In this document: positions 26,608 to 36,981 of the stretch, piece after piece
Layout of the letters: each line of letters opens with the position of its first letter
Numbering within the stretch: position 1 is the first letter of the stretch
DNA from: a virus
Lineage: Duplodnaviria > Caudoviricetes
Virus record (IMG/VR): IMGVR_UViG_3300044730_001415
Coordinates: 1 to 56,479 of that record
Length of the DNA stretch: 56,479 nucleotides
Reading direction: 5' to 3' (one strand)
The notes under the pieces: model-generated
The model's input: only the letters and a program-made list of their open reading frames with translations
Databases searched by the model: none
What the model was told of the DNA's origin: nothing
Position numbers and translations under genes: made by a program

Positions 26608-28404
26608 ATGGCGACAGTTCAATCACTCACAAAAGCGGCGTCAGAACTTGCGTATTCATCTGCTACCCTATCTAGCGGGATTTTAACTTTAAATAGAATA
26701 AGCGGTCAAAACCCAACAACTTTAAATATTGGTAGTGGCACGGGCAGCGGCGCAACTTGGATAACTGGAGCTTCGGATCCAGTAGCAGGCACAACACGAT
26801 CTGACGGAAGCGCCAGCATTGTAGGTGACCTATATCTCAACACAACCTCAGGTAAAGTTCTTCAAAGAACATCTTCAACTGTATGGACTACGTTAATTAA
26901 TTCTATTGTTGGTGCTACCGGCGCAACAGGCCCCCAAGGCCCCCAAGGCCCCCAAGGCCCCCAAGGCCCCCAAGGTCCTAGCGGTAGTGGATCCGCTTCC
27001 GGCAACTACGTTCCCAGTGACCAGTTTCCAGTCACGTTCGGCGTGCAACTCACAGGTAGCTCGTCAACAACTGCTTCGTCTACCGTTCCCGTAACTACGA
27101 TTAGATCACCGTTTGCGTTTACATTGACCGAACTACGGGCTTGGGCATCAGCATCGGACGGTACCGCTATTCTTGTCGATATTGAGTCAACGATTGGTGG
27201 AACGCCGCAGTCCCTCTTGGGTAACCGGATTCAGATCGATGCAAGCGAACTAAGCTCGCTCGATGCTACGACGCAACCGACAATTGTTAACGCAAACATC
27301 GCATCCGACCAAGAGTTGCGGTTCTTCGTCGATCAGATCGGCGCTGGGGCGCGAAACCTAATGGTATGGCTGCTGGGTCGACGCACCATCACCGTTGCGC
27401 CGGGAGTTCCAAACGCGCCCGCATGGGCCCCCACCAGCTTCACCCTTGGTTCGACAACTGCGACCGTATATTGGGCTGCGCCTGGCGATAACGGAAGTCC
27501 AATTACGTCTTACGAAGTTCAATACAAGCGGTCAATCGACTCAAGTTGGGTTTCTTACAATGGGATAATTGGGTCAACTACTATAAACTTTATCCCCTAC
27601 AGGTCTGCGGCGATCACGGGTCTGACTGCAAGTACGACGTATGACGTGCGTGTTCGTGCTATAAACACCGTCGGACCCAGCCCTTGGTCAGAGACGCAGT
27701 TCACAACGAGTGGCACTCCCACTGTTCCCGGTGCACCGACGTTGTTGGGATCTGGGGGTAGTCCTACAGCAACATCAGTGGCGTTGTCGTGGCAAGCTCC
27801 GGCTTCAAACGGTGGAGCTAATATCACCGACTACGTTATTGAGTATAAACTGTCAACCTCTGATTCGTGGTTAATTTTCGGCGATGGTTCGTCGACTACA
27901 CCGTCTGCAACGGTCACTGGTCTTTCGGCTTCTACATCATATAATTTCCGCGTTTCGGCAACCAACAGCGTTGGTACCGGTAGTCCTTCGTCGACGTACA
28001 CGGCGTCAACGACGGCGGCATCCGGTACGCCACCAAACGCCCCGACTAACTTGAGGATGAACGGTGACGTATCTGGCGGAATCTTCTATGATAGTTCTGG
28101 AACGCTGACATGGACGGCACCGTCTGGTGGCGGAGTTACCGACTATGTCGTGGAAGTGAAGTTAACTTCTGAAACAGATTCGTCTCCCAACCAATGGCGA
28201 CGCTATGCGACTCGGCCATCTACGACATCGTTGAATGTTGTTTTCGAAGTGGGTAACCCTCAATTCGCTTACGGCGGAACACCTAACTCTAGTTTCGGCA
28301 ACGGCGGTGGTCTTTCTTATAGTTTCCGGGTTGCTGCGTCTAACGCCAGCGGTCTAAGCGGGTGGTTGTCTGGTACGTGGAATAACCAAGATGGCGGCGG
28401 GTGA
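26608..28404 (+). CDS. tail fiber / adhesin with collagen repeat and three fibronectin type III domains
   Basis: (GPQ)5; FN3 units W.AP..NG..IT.Y...YK...GL.AST.Y..RV.A.N.VG. Confidence 0.8.
   Translation: MATVQSLTKAASELAYSSATLSSGILTLNRISGQNPTTLNIGSGTGSGATWITGASDPVAGTTRSDGSASIVGDLYLNTTSGKVLQRTSSTVWTTLINSIVGATGATGPQGPQGPQGPQGPQGPSGSGSASGNYVPSDQFPVTFGVQLTGSSSTTASSTVPVTTIRSPFAFTLTELRAWASASDGTAILVDIESTIGGTPQSLLGNRIQIDASELSSLDATTQPTIVNANIASDQELRFFVDQIGAGARNLMVWLLGRRTITVAPGVPNAPAWAPTSFTLGSTTATVYWAAPGDNGSPITSYEVQYKRSIDSSWVSYNGIIGSTTINFIPYRSAAITGLTASTTYDVRVRAINTVGPSPWSETQFTTSGTPTVPGAPTLLGSGGSPTATSVALSWQAPASNGGANITDYVIEYKLSTSDSWLIFGDGSSTTPSATVTGLSASTSYNFRVSATNSVGTGSPSSTYTASTTAASGTPPNAPTNLRMNGDVSGGIFYDSSGTLTWTAPSGGGVTDYVVEVKLTSETDSSPNQWRRYATRPSTTSLNVVFEVGNPQFAYGGTPNSSFGNGGGLSYSFRVAASNASGLSGWLSGTWNNQDGGG
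26929..26973 (+). repeat. perfect tandem repeat (GGCCCCCAA)x5
   Basis: Five identical 9-mers encoding GPQ. Confidence 0.95.
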
Positions 28405-28410
28405 TTCACG

Positions 28411-30348
28411 ATGCCGCTCTATCCAGTTGAACAGGTTTGGGGGCAGGATCTGGGATTTATCTCCTCACAGTTGCTGCCGAATGGTAAGATCCTGGCATGG
28501 GATTTTGCTTTGGGGCAATGTTGGCTGATCGAACCTGATGAATACGGTTCATATCGTTCGGCGCGTGTTCGCCGGGTCCAAGACCTTCCCGCGACTCAGT
28601 TGTACGGTCCCGTGTCAATCGCCAATAATGGCAACGTCGTTGTCCACGCAGGCGAATACGGGTCGTCCATTTTTGGGATCACACAGATGTTTGATCCCGA
28701 GACAGAACGTTGGACAAGCTTCACGTCTTACTTGGCGAAACATTCACCCGGGATTATGTCAACAAACGGAACGGTTTGGGGCATGAAACGGCTTGAGCCA
28801 AACGCGTTGCCAACAGCTGCACAACCCTTCTCCATTACTTCTCCGCAAGGATATCAGGGACTTGAGTTGTCGGAAACGTCACAATACAGTCAAGAATCGT
28901 CGTTTGTTATTCTACCGGAAGGGAACGCAGTCATTGTCGAAAGGCATAACCCACGAGAACCGGCTTTTGTAGGGGAGATCGTGTTCAACAGCCCAACGAC
29001 AGGGAATATGACTTGGCGGCGGTTTGACATGACAAATAGGTTGCGGAGTTTGAGCCCAACACATTTTCGTGAACAGGCCGCCGATTTTCAAGACACTGGA
29101 CGTTGGTGTTCTAGCGGAGACACCAGCCTTGGTGTAAAGTACGAACCTGGAGTGTTGACCTACATGGCAAAACTTAGCAAGGTCGTACTGGTTGCAGGTA
29201 ACGGCTGTTTGTACACGTGGAGCCTGGACAGCAACGGCAATCTTCAACCAAACTCTTTGGCTCGTCCTGCTTCTTTGCCAAACACGCCTCTTTGGAACAT
29301 CAGCAACAGCAACTTTATTGTTGACGATAAAATTTCGCTGACAACTTACTGTGGAGTGGTTTCCGGTACTTCGGTCGGAAAATCTGGAAGTCAACTTGTT
29401 ACTGCGGGTTCACTCCAGTTTACCGCAAGAAATGAACTCGAAGCCGCAAGTACTGTAAGTGCTCTTCAGGGTCGTCTCAATTCGTCAAATGATATTGCGG
29501 CCGTGTTTGTGCGGGTCAATGAAAATACAGAGTGGGTAAAGTTTCTTTATACAGGCGTATCATATACACCATCAAACTCAACAATAAATGTAACTGTAAC
29601 GGGATTGTCACTTGCAGTATGGCCTGGTCAAATAAACTGGATGACAACAACCACGGACCAAGTTTGTATTGGTCGTCCTTCTTATGATTCTCGTGATGGT
29701 TGCGCTACATTTCTACCTAACGGCGACATGCTGATCCTTGCCGGAGCCAACACTACGGGCGCTGAAGGCTTTAATAACACATCTCGTCTTTTGAAATGGG
29801 ACGGCATATCTAGTAAAGCCGTCGAAGTTCATCAAGATAGAACCTCAACATTTAGAGGCGGAGAATACACAGGGTCGTTGTTTCCACTTCCTGACGGCTC
29901 AATCTGGTGTGGCTTTGGGTTTGAGACAAGAGTGTATGTGCCAACAACTGCTGAAGCGACGCCCTTGACTAATTCCGTTCCAGTCATCACATCTGCACCA
30001 ACGTCATTTGCTGCTGGTGGCCAATTCAGTATTGCTGGGACCGGATTAACGGGCACTCATGAAGGTGGATATTTCTCGGAAGACCGTTCGCCTAGAACTA
30101 ATTTCCCAATTGTGAAACTACGAAACACCACTAATAACTACGTATACTATTGTATGACGCGTGATTTTACGTATCGGGGCATCAAACCGGGCCAGGCATC
30201 ATCATGTAACGTGCGCGTCCCATACACAGTCCCCGTGGGTTCTTATCAGATGTCGGTTGTTGTCAATGGCGTGCCGTCAAGTGAAATGACGGTAACGGTT
30301 GATGGGCAGTCTGGTGGCGAACCGATGTTTTTAAATAGAAAGATATAA
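28411..30348 (+). CDS. kelch/galactose-oxidase-like beta-propeller protein with C-terminal Ig/IPT domain (putative receptor-binding protein)
   Basis: Repeated LLPNGKIL/ILPEGN/FLPNGDML/PLPDGSI blades; C-terminal PVITSAP...GSYQMSVVVNGVPS. Confidence 0.6.
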   Translation: MPLYPVEQVWGQDLGFISSQLLPNGKILAWDFALGQCWLIEPDEYGSYRSARVRRVQDLPATQLYGPVSIANNGNVVVHAGEYGSSIFGITQMFDPETERWTSFTSYLAKHSPGIMSTNGTVWGMKRLEPNALPTAAQPFSITSPQGYQGLELSETSQYSQESSFVILPEGNAVIVERHNPREPAFVGEIVFNSPTTGNMTWRRFDMTNRLRSLSPTHFREQAADFQDTGRWCSSGDTSLGVKYEPGVLTYMAKLSKVVLVAGNGCLYTWSLDSNGNLQPNSLARPASLPNTPLWNISNSNFIVDDKISLTTYCGVVSGTSVGKSGSQLVTAGSLQFTARNELEAASTVSALQGRLNSSNDIAAVFVRVNENTEWVKFLYTGVSYTPSNSTINVTVTGLSLAVWPGQINWMTTTTDQVCIGRPSYDSRDGCATFLPNGDMLILAGANTTGAEGFNNTSRLLKWDGISSKAVEVHQDRTSTFRGGEYTGSLFPLPDGSIWCGFGFETRVYVPTTAEATPLTNSVPVITSAPTSFAAGGQFSIAGTGLTGTHEGGYFSEDRSPRTNFPIVKLRNTTNNYVYYCMTRDFTYRGIKPGQASSCNVRVPYTVPVGSYQMSVVVNGVPSSEMTVTVDGQSGGEPMFLNRKI

Positions 30349-30351
30349 AAA

Positions 30352-30552
30352 ATGGAATCAGCAATGCCTGACACAGTGGTGATAGAAAGAGCAGAATGGG
30401 ATCGCATTCGTAGCGAAATCACCGCTCTCGTTGACCTTCATAACATGGTGCGCAAGTTGTGCGATGTGGTTTTGCGTCACGAAACGGCCACCGATGAAGA
30501 ATGGTCGATGGTTATTATGGAAGTTCAACACTTCTTGCGACACTACGGCTGA
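30352..30552 (+). CDS. hypothetical protein
   Basis: 66-aa ORF within the tail module. Confidence 0.5.
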   Translation: MESAMPDTVVIERAEWDRIRSEITALVDLHNMVRKLCDVVLRHETATDEEWSMVIMEVQHFLRHYG

Positions 30553-30591
30553 GTAAAACCACAATCACAAAAGACTTTCGGAGGTAAGATA

Positions 30592-30969
30592 ATGATTAAT
30601 GTTAACGCCTCCGGGTCTTTTAACAAAACTGAAAAATTTTTAAAAAAGATAAAATCCAATGAAATATTTTCTTCGCTAGATAGACTCGGTCAAAAAGGAG
30701 TCGATGCGTTATCCAGCGCAAGTCCAGTTGAAACCGGCCTACTTTCAACTTCTTGGGATTATTATATAATTAATAAGGTCGGTAAAAAAGGTATTGTTTG
30801 GACTAACACAAACGTAGAAAATAACATACCCGTGGCTATTTTAGTTCAATATGGTCATGCAACAAAGGATGGTGGGTTAGTGGAAGGCTTAGATTACATT
30901 AATCCAGCAATACAACCTATATTTGACGAAATAGCAACAACGGTGTGGAGGGAGGTAAACCGTGCCTAG
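30592..30969 (+). CDS. tail completion protein (HK97 gp10-like)
   Basis: SPVETG.L..SW...A..VQYGH.T..GG...G..YINPA. Confidence 0.65.
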   Translation: MINVNASGSFNKTEKFLKKIKSNEIFSSLDRLGQKGVDALSSASPVETGLLSTSWDYYIINKVGKKGIVWTNTNVENNIPVAILVQYGHATKDGGLVEGLDYINPAIQPIFDEIATTVWREVNRA

Positions 30970-33900
30970 TATTGACAACCGCGTAGTGTCAATGACGTTT
31001 GATAATTCTGAATTTGAACGAAAAATAAAGACGACTATTGACAGTCTAGATAAACTCAAGATGAGTTTAAATTTTGGGGACACTTCAAAGAGCATACAGG
31101 ATATATCTACTAGCTTAAAAAACTTCAATCTGGATAGCTTGTCGACGGCCGCCGACAATGTAAGCTCAAAATTCTCTGCCATGGGAGCAGCCGCGTTCGC
31201 TGCTGTATCCAACATCACGAACCGTGCTGTAGACGCAGGAATTGCGCTTACAAAATCCCTTACGATCACGCCAACATTAACCGGTTATAAAGAGTATGAA
31301 ACAAACATCAGCTCTATTCAAACTATCCTTGCTAACACGTCGAGCAAAGGCTCTACGCTTGAAGATGTCAATAACGCTTTAGATGAGTTAAACACATATT
31401 CCGATCAAACCATTTATAACTTTAGCCAAATGGCTAAAAACATTGGTACTTTCTCGGCGGCTGGCGTTGACTTAGATACCTCGGTGAAATCAATCAAGGG
31501 TATTGCAAACATCGCTGCGATCTCGGGATCAAACTCCGAGCAAGCGTCAAACGCCATGTATCAGCTTTCGCAGGCACTGGCCTCTGGTTCGCTTAAATTA
31601 ATGGACTGGAACTCGGTTGTTAATGCGGGCATGGGTGGTGAAGTATTCCAAACGGCGTTGTTCGAGACCGGTAAAGCTTTAAACAAGCTAGAGGGCGTTG
31701 GTCTTGATACAACGTTCGAAGAATGGAAAAACGCAGGAAACTCCTTCCGAGGCTCATTAGAAACTGGATGGCTTACTGCTGATGTTCTAACTAACACCTT
31801 ACAAGCGTTCACTGGTGACTTAACCGAGGCGCAGTTGACCGCTATGGGTTACACCAAAGAGCAAGCAAAAGAGATGCTTCGTCTTGGAGCTCTTGGTAAA
31901 GAGTCGGCGACCTCAGTAAAAACACTAACTCAGCTTTTGGGAACAGTCAAAGAGTCGGTCGCTTCTGGGTGGTCTGCATCGTTCCGAACTATATTTGGTG
32001 ACTTTGAGCAAGCCAAAAAATTGTTCACAATGTTAAACCAAGCAATCGGGACGGTAGTATCTACTACGGCAGATGCAAGAAATAAAATTCTTGGCGATTG
32101 GGCCGCTCTTGGCGGAAGAACCGACATTATTGACGGTATCATACACTTATTCGCGGCCTTGGGTCATATCAAAAACTCGGTTAAAGACGCCTTTCGAGAA
32201 GTGTTCCCACGAAAAACTGGCGAAGACTTAGCGCGCTTAAGTAAAAGCTTTTTGCTCTTCATGCAGTACTTAGAGCCAAGCCCGAAAACCCTTGACACAG
32301 TTAAACGAGTATTTAAAGGCGTTTTTGCTGCTTTAGAAATTGGGTTTACAATAGTCAAAGCCGTAGCCAGAGTGTTTCAAAGGTTGTTTCAATCATTTAA
32401 CTCAGTTGCCGGATCAGGAATAACTGGCGTAGTACTTAAAGTTGCTGACGCATTTGTTGCTTTAAATGAGAAATTAGTTTCGGGTCAGGGTATAGAGAGG
32501 TTTGTTCAGACCGTATTTGGTTTGATATCCAAAGTAACCGGCTACGTTGGTCTATTTGTTGAACTTTTTAAAACGGGTTTTAGCAAAGCGGCAAATGGAC
32601 TTGCTCAAGCAGCTGGCAAAATGGGAGCGATTTTTTTCAGTGTTGGCGAAGGACTTTCTAAACTTTTTGACGTAATTAAAACTGGTGCATCTAAATTAGG
32701 TTCTGGTGTGGTTTGGGTATTTAAACAAATAGGGTCTTTGATTGGTTCTGTCGTTGAGCGGTTTGATCCGAAAATCTTTACCACTATAGGCAGAGGGATC
32801 TTGACTTTCTTTAAAGCCATTGGGTCAATAGCGAGTACGGTTGGCAGCGCATTTGTTTTTGTGTTGGGTGGAATTGCTAACGGAATATTAAGCCTTGGTA
32901 CAGCGATCGTTAAGTTTGCGGGTAGTGGCATTAATAAACTTACCGGTTTCTTTTCGGAAGCCTCAGTCAGTCTTGAGAAATTTGACAACAACTTCAAAAA
33001 AATAAGTGGTGGAGGGGGCAAGGGGAGGTTTGTACAATTTAAAACCGCCTTAGATGACACTGGGAAAAGTGTTACTGAGTTCCGAAACAAACTTTCGAGT
33101 GGTTCCAATGGCGTAGCGTCCGAAATAGACGCAGTTGGAACAAGCGTTAACAGATCTTCTTTTGGTTTATTAGCTTATAAAGATATTTTTGAGAAAGTTT
33201 TTAATGTTTTAAAACCTATTGGCGATAAAATTGCAGATTTGTTTTCCAAACTATCGCTTAATGATATTTTGAAGATAGCCGGTACGGTAAGCATCGTTAA
33301 ACTACTAAAAGGTATTCGAACTGCTTTTGAAGATTTTGGTGGTGTTTTTAGAAGTTTTAGTAGCATTTTTGGGCAAGTTTCGGGTGTCATTTTTAAAGCC
33401 GGTGAAGTTTTTACAGGCATCAAAGATGTGTTGGCCGCATTCGCACTCGAAGTAAAAGCACAAGCTTTGCAAAAAATAGCAATCGCCGTCGCGATACTCG
33501 CCGTGTCGCTTATAGCTTTGGCAATGGTCGACCATAAGGCACTTGGTATTGCCCTTAGTGTTGCCGCTGGAGGATTCAGTTTGCTTGTTGGGTCTTTAGC
33601 TGTATTAGCAAAACTCACAGGCGGTGGCGATGCCAAAACGGGCCCGGCCAACTTGCTTGCCCTTACCGCTGCACTTTCTTTGATCGCAGTGGCTGTTTTG
33701 CTAATGACTGCCTCTTTGAAATTGCTTGCGAATGAAGACCCGGAAAGGTTGACATATGCGGCAGCAGCCCTTCTTCCTATTACTACAGCATTCATTGCCA
33801 TTCTAGAATCATTTAAAAAGTTTGAAAATATAGACTTTAAGTCCGTGGCCAAAGGTGCTTTGGGTATCCTTGCTATTGGTGGCGCAGTCAAATCCATTTC

Positions 33901-36133
33901 AAAGTCGGTTGAGAGACTGGCGAAATTGGACCCCAAGGCTCTTGGTTTCGGGCTTGCTGGCGTTACTACAATCCTTGGCGGTCTTGTCATTGCGATGAAA
34001 AACATGCCTCAGGACACGGATAAAGTCAAGGGCATGATTGGTATTTCCATTGCGCTTTACATCATAAGTAAAGCAATCGGTCTTCTTGGTGACATGAAGC
34101 CCGAGGAACTAGCGGCTGGCTTGGGCGCAATGGCTGCACTAATGACAATGTTGACGGGGGTTCTTGTCTCTCTAGACAAGGTAGACACTGCTGGTGTCGG
34201 CGTTGCATTATTGGGATTTGCCGTCGCTATTGGGGCGGTGACTGCCGCGCTCGTAATCATCTCGATGCTTAGTCTAGAAAGCCTGGCTAAAGGAATTGGC
34301 GCCCTTGCGGTTGTTTTATATTCTCTGGCTTTGGCACTTGTCGTCATGAATGGAAGTGTTACTGGCGCATTAGCGCTTGGTGTTGCGGCTTTAGGTCTTA
34401 CCCTCTTAGCAATTGCAATGGACAAATTCTCCGAAGTAGGCTGGGGAGAAATCGTAAAAGGCCTGTTAGGTATAGCGGCCGTCATTGCAATAATTGCTGT
34501 CGCAGGCGCGCTTGTCGCTCCAATTCTAGTTCCAATGTTAGGTCTTGCTGCCGTGCTCTTATTAGTTGGCGCTGGGTTTGCTTTGATTGGCATAGGCGCA
34601 AAAGGTATAGCAGAAGCATTTAGTATTGTTTCTAAAGCAGGCGACAAGGGTATAGCCGTGTTTAAAGAGCTGCTTAAAGCCATTGGTGGTGCCATCCCAA
34701 CTTTTATTGCTGGGTTTGCGCTGGGTATCGTTGAGCTTGTTGAGACAGTATTAAAACTTGCCCCAACTCTTGTTAAAGGATTAATAAGCGTAATTATTCA
34801 GGCTCTAAAAGGCATGCGAGAGGTCCTACCAGAGCTTATCTTAACTGTTGCCGATCTTATCGACGCGTTGGTTACTCTTATTTTAGATAAAAAAGAGGAT
34901 ATGATCAGCGCCGGCTTTGCTCTGCTTATTAGTTTCCTTAGCGGCTTGAAGGACAACATTCGCGAGATTACTACTCTGGTTGTGGACTTAATAGAGGAGT
35001 TTTTGACAGTCCTCGCCAAAGAAGCTGGCAGATTAACTAGTATGGGTTTGTTGGTCCTTACTGAATTCTTAAAGGGGATTACTGATAACATCCAGCAGGT
35101 TATTGACGCCGGCGCTGATCTTGTTGTGAAGATTATGGAAGGTCTTACCAATAACGTGAGCGAAGTCACAGAGTCAATTGGGACATTCCTTACTACCTTT
35201 ATAACAGAGTTTGGGAAACAGGTTCTTCGCGTTGGTTCTTCTGGTCTTGCCGTTTTAACTGCCATTCTTGACGCGATGATTAATGGTACAGTGATTATTG
35301 GCCGAAAGATAGGCGAGTTTTTAGTAGCACTTGGTGACGCCATTGTTGATAACATCAACCTCGCAAAAGAACAAGGCGTTAGAATTGCAAAGACAATTTT
35401 GAATGCATTAGCTACTGCAGTACCCGAGCTTGCTGACGCGGTGGGTTTGTTTGCGATTAATTTACTAAATGGTTTGGCAGACGTAATTAGGAATAGAGGC
35501 AAAGGCATTCGTGATGCCGCATTAAATCTTGGCGATGCTATTCTTGATGCAGTTAGTTTTGGGATGTTTGATAAAATGAAAGCTGGCGGTAACTTCTTAT
35601 TGTCGCCGTTCAAAAAAATGGGCGGTTACGCAACAGACGCATGGAAATGGGCTTTTGATAGTAACTCCCCGTCTAAATTATTTATAAAACTTGCCGGGGA
35701 AATTCCTGCGGGCATTGTTGCGGGTTTAAACAAAGACAAAACTGCCGTGTCAAGCGTCACCGGTCTTTCCGAACGTATTGTCAATGCGGCCTCAAAGAGC
35801 TTTGGGGCCATTCCTGCCTTTGATGCTATAGGCGATATCAATCCTGTTATCAGTCCGGTTCTTGACCTAACCAACGTGCAGCAAGGCGCAAGGAACATTA
35901 ATGGGATGTTTTCGGAAAGTCAAATTGGCGCATCCGTTTCACTTAACCAGGCTCGGGCGTTGTCAATTGCTACGTTGGGTAATAATTCTACCTCGACAGA
36001 AAATTCAGCCCCAGTCGTAAAAGAAGTTAAGTTCGAGCAGATCATCAACTCGCCGACAACACTGTCAAACGCTGAAATATACCGGCAAACCAGATCGCAG
36101 ATTCAAATGGCCAAGGAGGAATTGTTTAAATAA
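30962..36133 (+). CDS. tape measure protein
   Basis: 1723 aa, Ala/Gly/Leu-rich helical repeats; tape-measure N-domain (YSDQTIYNF...AMYQLSQALASG). Confidence 0.93.
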   Translation: MPSIDNRVVSMTFDNSEFERKIKTTIDSLDKLKMSLNFGDTSKSIQDISTSLKNFNLDSLSTAADNVSSKFSAMGAAAFAAVSNITNRAVDAGIALTKSLTITPTLTGYKEYETNISSIQTILANTSSKGSTLEDVNNALDELNTYSDQTIYNFSQMAKNIGTFSAAGVDLDTSVKSIKGIANIAAISGSNSEQASNAMYQLSQALASGSLKLMDWNSVVNAGMGGEVFQTALFETGKALNKLEGVGLDTTFEEWKNAGNSFRGSLETGWLTADVLTNTLQAFTGDLTEAQLTAMGYTKEQAKEMLRLGALGKESATSVKTLTQLLGTVKESVASGWSASFRTIFGDFEQAKKLFTMLNQAIGTVVSTTADARNKILGDWAALGGRTDIIDGIIHLFAALGHIKNSVKDAFREVFPRKTGEDLARLSKSFLLFMQYLEPSPKTLDTVKRVFKGVFAALEIGFTIVKAVARVFQRLFQSFNSVAGSGITGVVLKVADAFVALNEKLVSGQGIERFVQTVFGLISKVTGYVGLFVELFKTGFSKAANGLAQAAGKMGAIFFSVGEGLSKLFDVIKTGASKLGSGVVWVFKQIGSLIGSVVERFDPKIFTTIGRGILTFFKAIGSIASTVGSAFVFVLGGIANGILSLGTAIVKFAGSGINKLTGFFSEASVSLEKFDNNFKKISGGGGKGRFVQFKTALDDTGKSVTEFRNKLSSGSNGVASEIDAVGTSVNRSSFGLLAYKDIFEKVFNVLKPIGDKIADLFSKLSLNDILKIAGTVSIVKLLKGIRTAFEDFGGVFRSFSSIFGQVSGVIFKAGEVFTGIKDVLAAFALEVKAQALQKIAIAVAILAVSLIALAMVDHKALGIALSVAAGGFSLLVGSLAVLAKLTGGGDAKTGPANLLALTAALSLIAVAVLLMTASLKLLANEDPERLTYAAAALLPITTAFIAILESFKKFENIDFKSVAKGALGILAIGGAVKSISKSVERLAKLDPKALGFGLAGVTTILGGLVIAMKNMPQDTDKVKGMIGISIALYIISKAIGLLGDMKPEELAAGLGAMAALMTMLTGVLVSLDKVDTAGVGVALLGFAVAIGAVTAALVIISMLSLESLAKGIGALAVVLYSLALALVVMNGSVTGALALGVAALGLTLLAIAMDKFSEVGWGEIVKGLLGIAAVIAIIAVAGALVAPILVPMLGLAAVLLLVGAGFALIGIGAKGIAEAFSIVSKAGDKGIAVFKELLKAIGGAIPTFIAGFALGIVELVETVLKLAPTLVKGLISVIIQALKGMREVLPELILTVADLIDALVTLILDKKEDMISAGFALLISFLSGLKDNIREITTLVVDLIEEFLTVLAKEAGRLTSMGLLVLTEFLKGITDNIQQVIDAGADLVVKIMEGLTNNVSEVTESIGTFLTTFITEFGKQVLRVGSSGLAVLTAILDAMINGTVIIGRKIGEFLVALGDAIVDNINLAKEQGVRIAKTILNALATAVPELADAVGLFAINLLNGLADVIRNRGKGIRDAALNLGDAILDAVSFGMFDKMKAGGNFLLSPFKKMGGYATDAWKWAFDSNSPSKLFIKLAGEIPAGIVAGLNKDKTAVSSVTGLSERIVNAASKSFGAIPAFDAIGDINPVISPVLDLTNVQQGARNINGMFSESQIGASVSLNQARALSIATLGNNSTSTENSAPVVKEVKFEQIINSPTTLSNAEIYRQTRSQIQMAKEELFK

Positions 36134-36981
36134 TGGATATAGATTCGATTGTTCTTTTAAGGTCGTTAGATGGCGTTTATTCCGACTTTGCAGAGTTTAC
36201 TTTGCGAGATACCACAGGCATAAGCCCCTACATTATTCGTAATATAACGGGGGTTGATGCCGACGAAATAGTACCTAGATTTTCTGGGGTAGGTGGTTCT
36301 TCCGGTAATAAATTCTTTAATATGCGGTTAAAGTCAAGGCAAATTGCTATTAGCTTGATACTAAACCCAAATTATTCTATCGGTAATACGCCTTCGACTC
36401 TTAGGGATAGAATATACAGTCTTATAAGCTCGTACAAAACCTCAAAAATAGGTCTTGCGTTTCATAAAGACGACGCAGAAGTTTCCAGAATATATGGGTT
36501 TATTACTAAAATTGAGTCCGATTTAAATACGCTTATGCCGGAAGTAAAGATTACCGTTTATTGCGAAGACCCTTATTTTAGAAGTCCTCAGCGTTTTGAT
36601 GTGAACCTGCAGAATATGAGTAAAACCGCCCCGGTGATAGGGGACTACGCATCAAGTGCCCCGCACGGTTTTAGAATGGCGATTACCGCGACTGGATCCT
36701 TTGGTCAGTTTCGAATTAGAAAAACAGGAAATTTTGATTGGAACTTTACTATCAATTTTGGTTTTGATACTGGTGATAGTTTATTTATCTCGTCAGAGGA
36801 AAACGATAGATACGTACAGGTAAATAGACCCTCGCTTGGAGTTACATATAACCTGATTTCAGCTATTGCAGTTGGGTCTGAATGGCCAATCATTTTTCCC
36901 GGAGAAAATGCGTTTAACATTAATACCTCGTCGTACAATTATCAGTACGTCGACTATTACCAAACGTATTGGGGGCTGTGA
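36133..36981 (+). CDS. distal tail (Dit-like) protein
   Basis: Directly after tape measure; C.DPYF, W..I.PGEN. Confidence 0.7.
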   Translation: MDIDSIVLLRSLDGVYSDFAEFTLRDTTGISPYIIRNITGVDADEIVPRFSGVGGSSGNKFFNMRLKSRQIAISLILNPNYSIGNTPSTLRDRIYSLISSYKTSKIGLAFHKDDAEVSRIYGFITKIESDLNTLMPEVKITVYCEDPYFRSPQRFDVNLQNMSKTAPVIGDYASSAPHGFRMAITATGSFGQFRIRKTGNFDWNFTINFGFDTGDSLFISSEENDRYVQVNRPSLGVTYNLISAIAVGSEWPIIFPGENAFNINTSSYNYQYVDYYQTYWGL

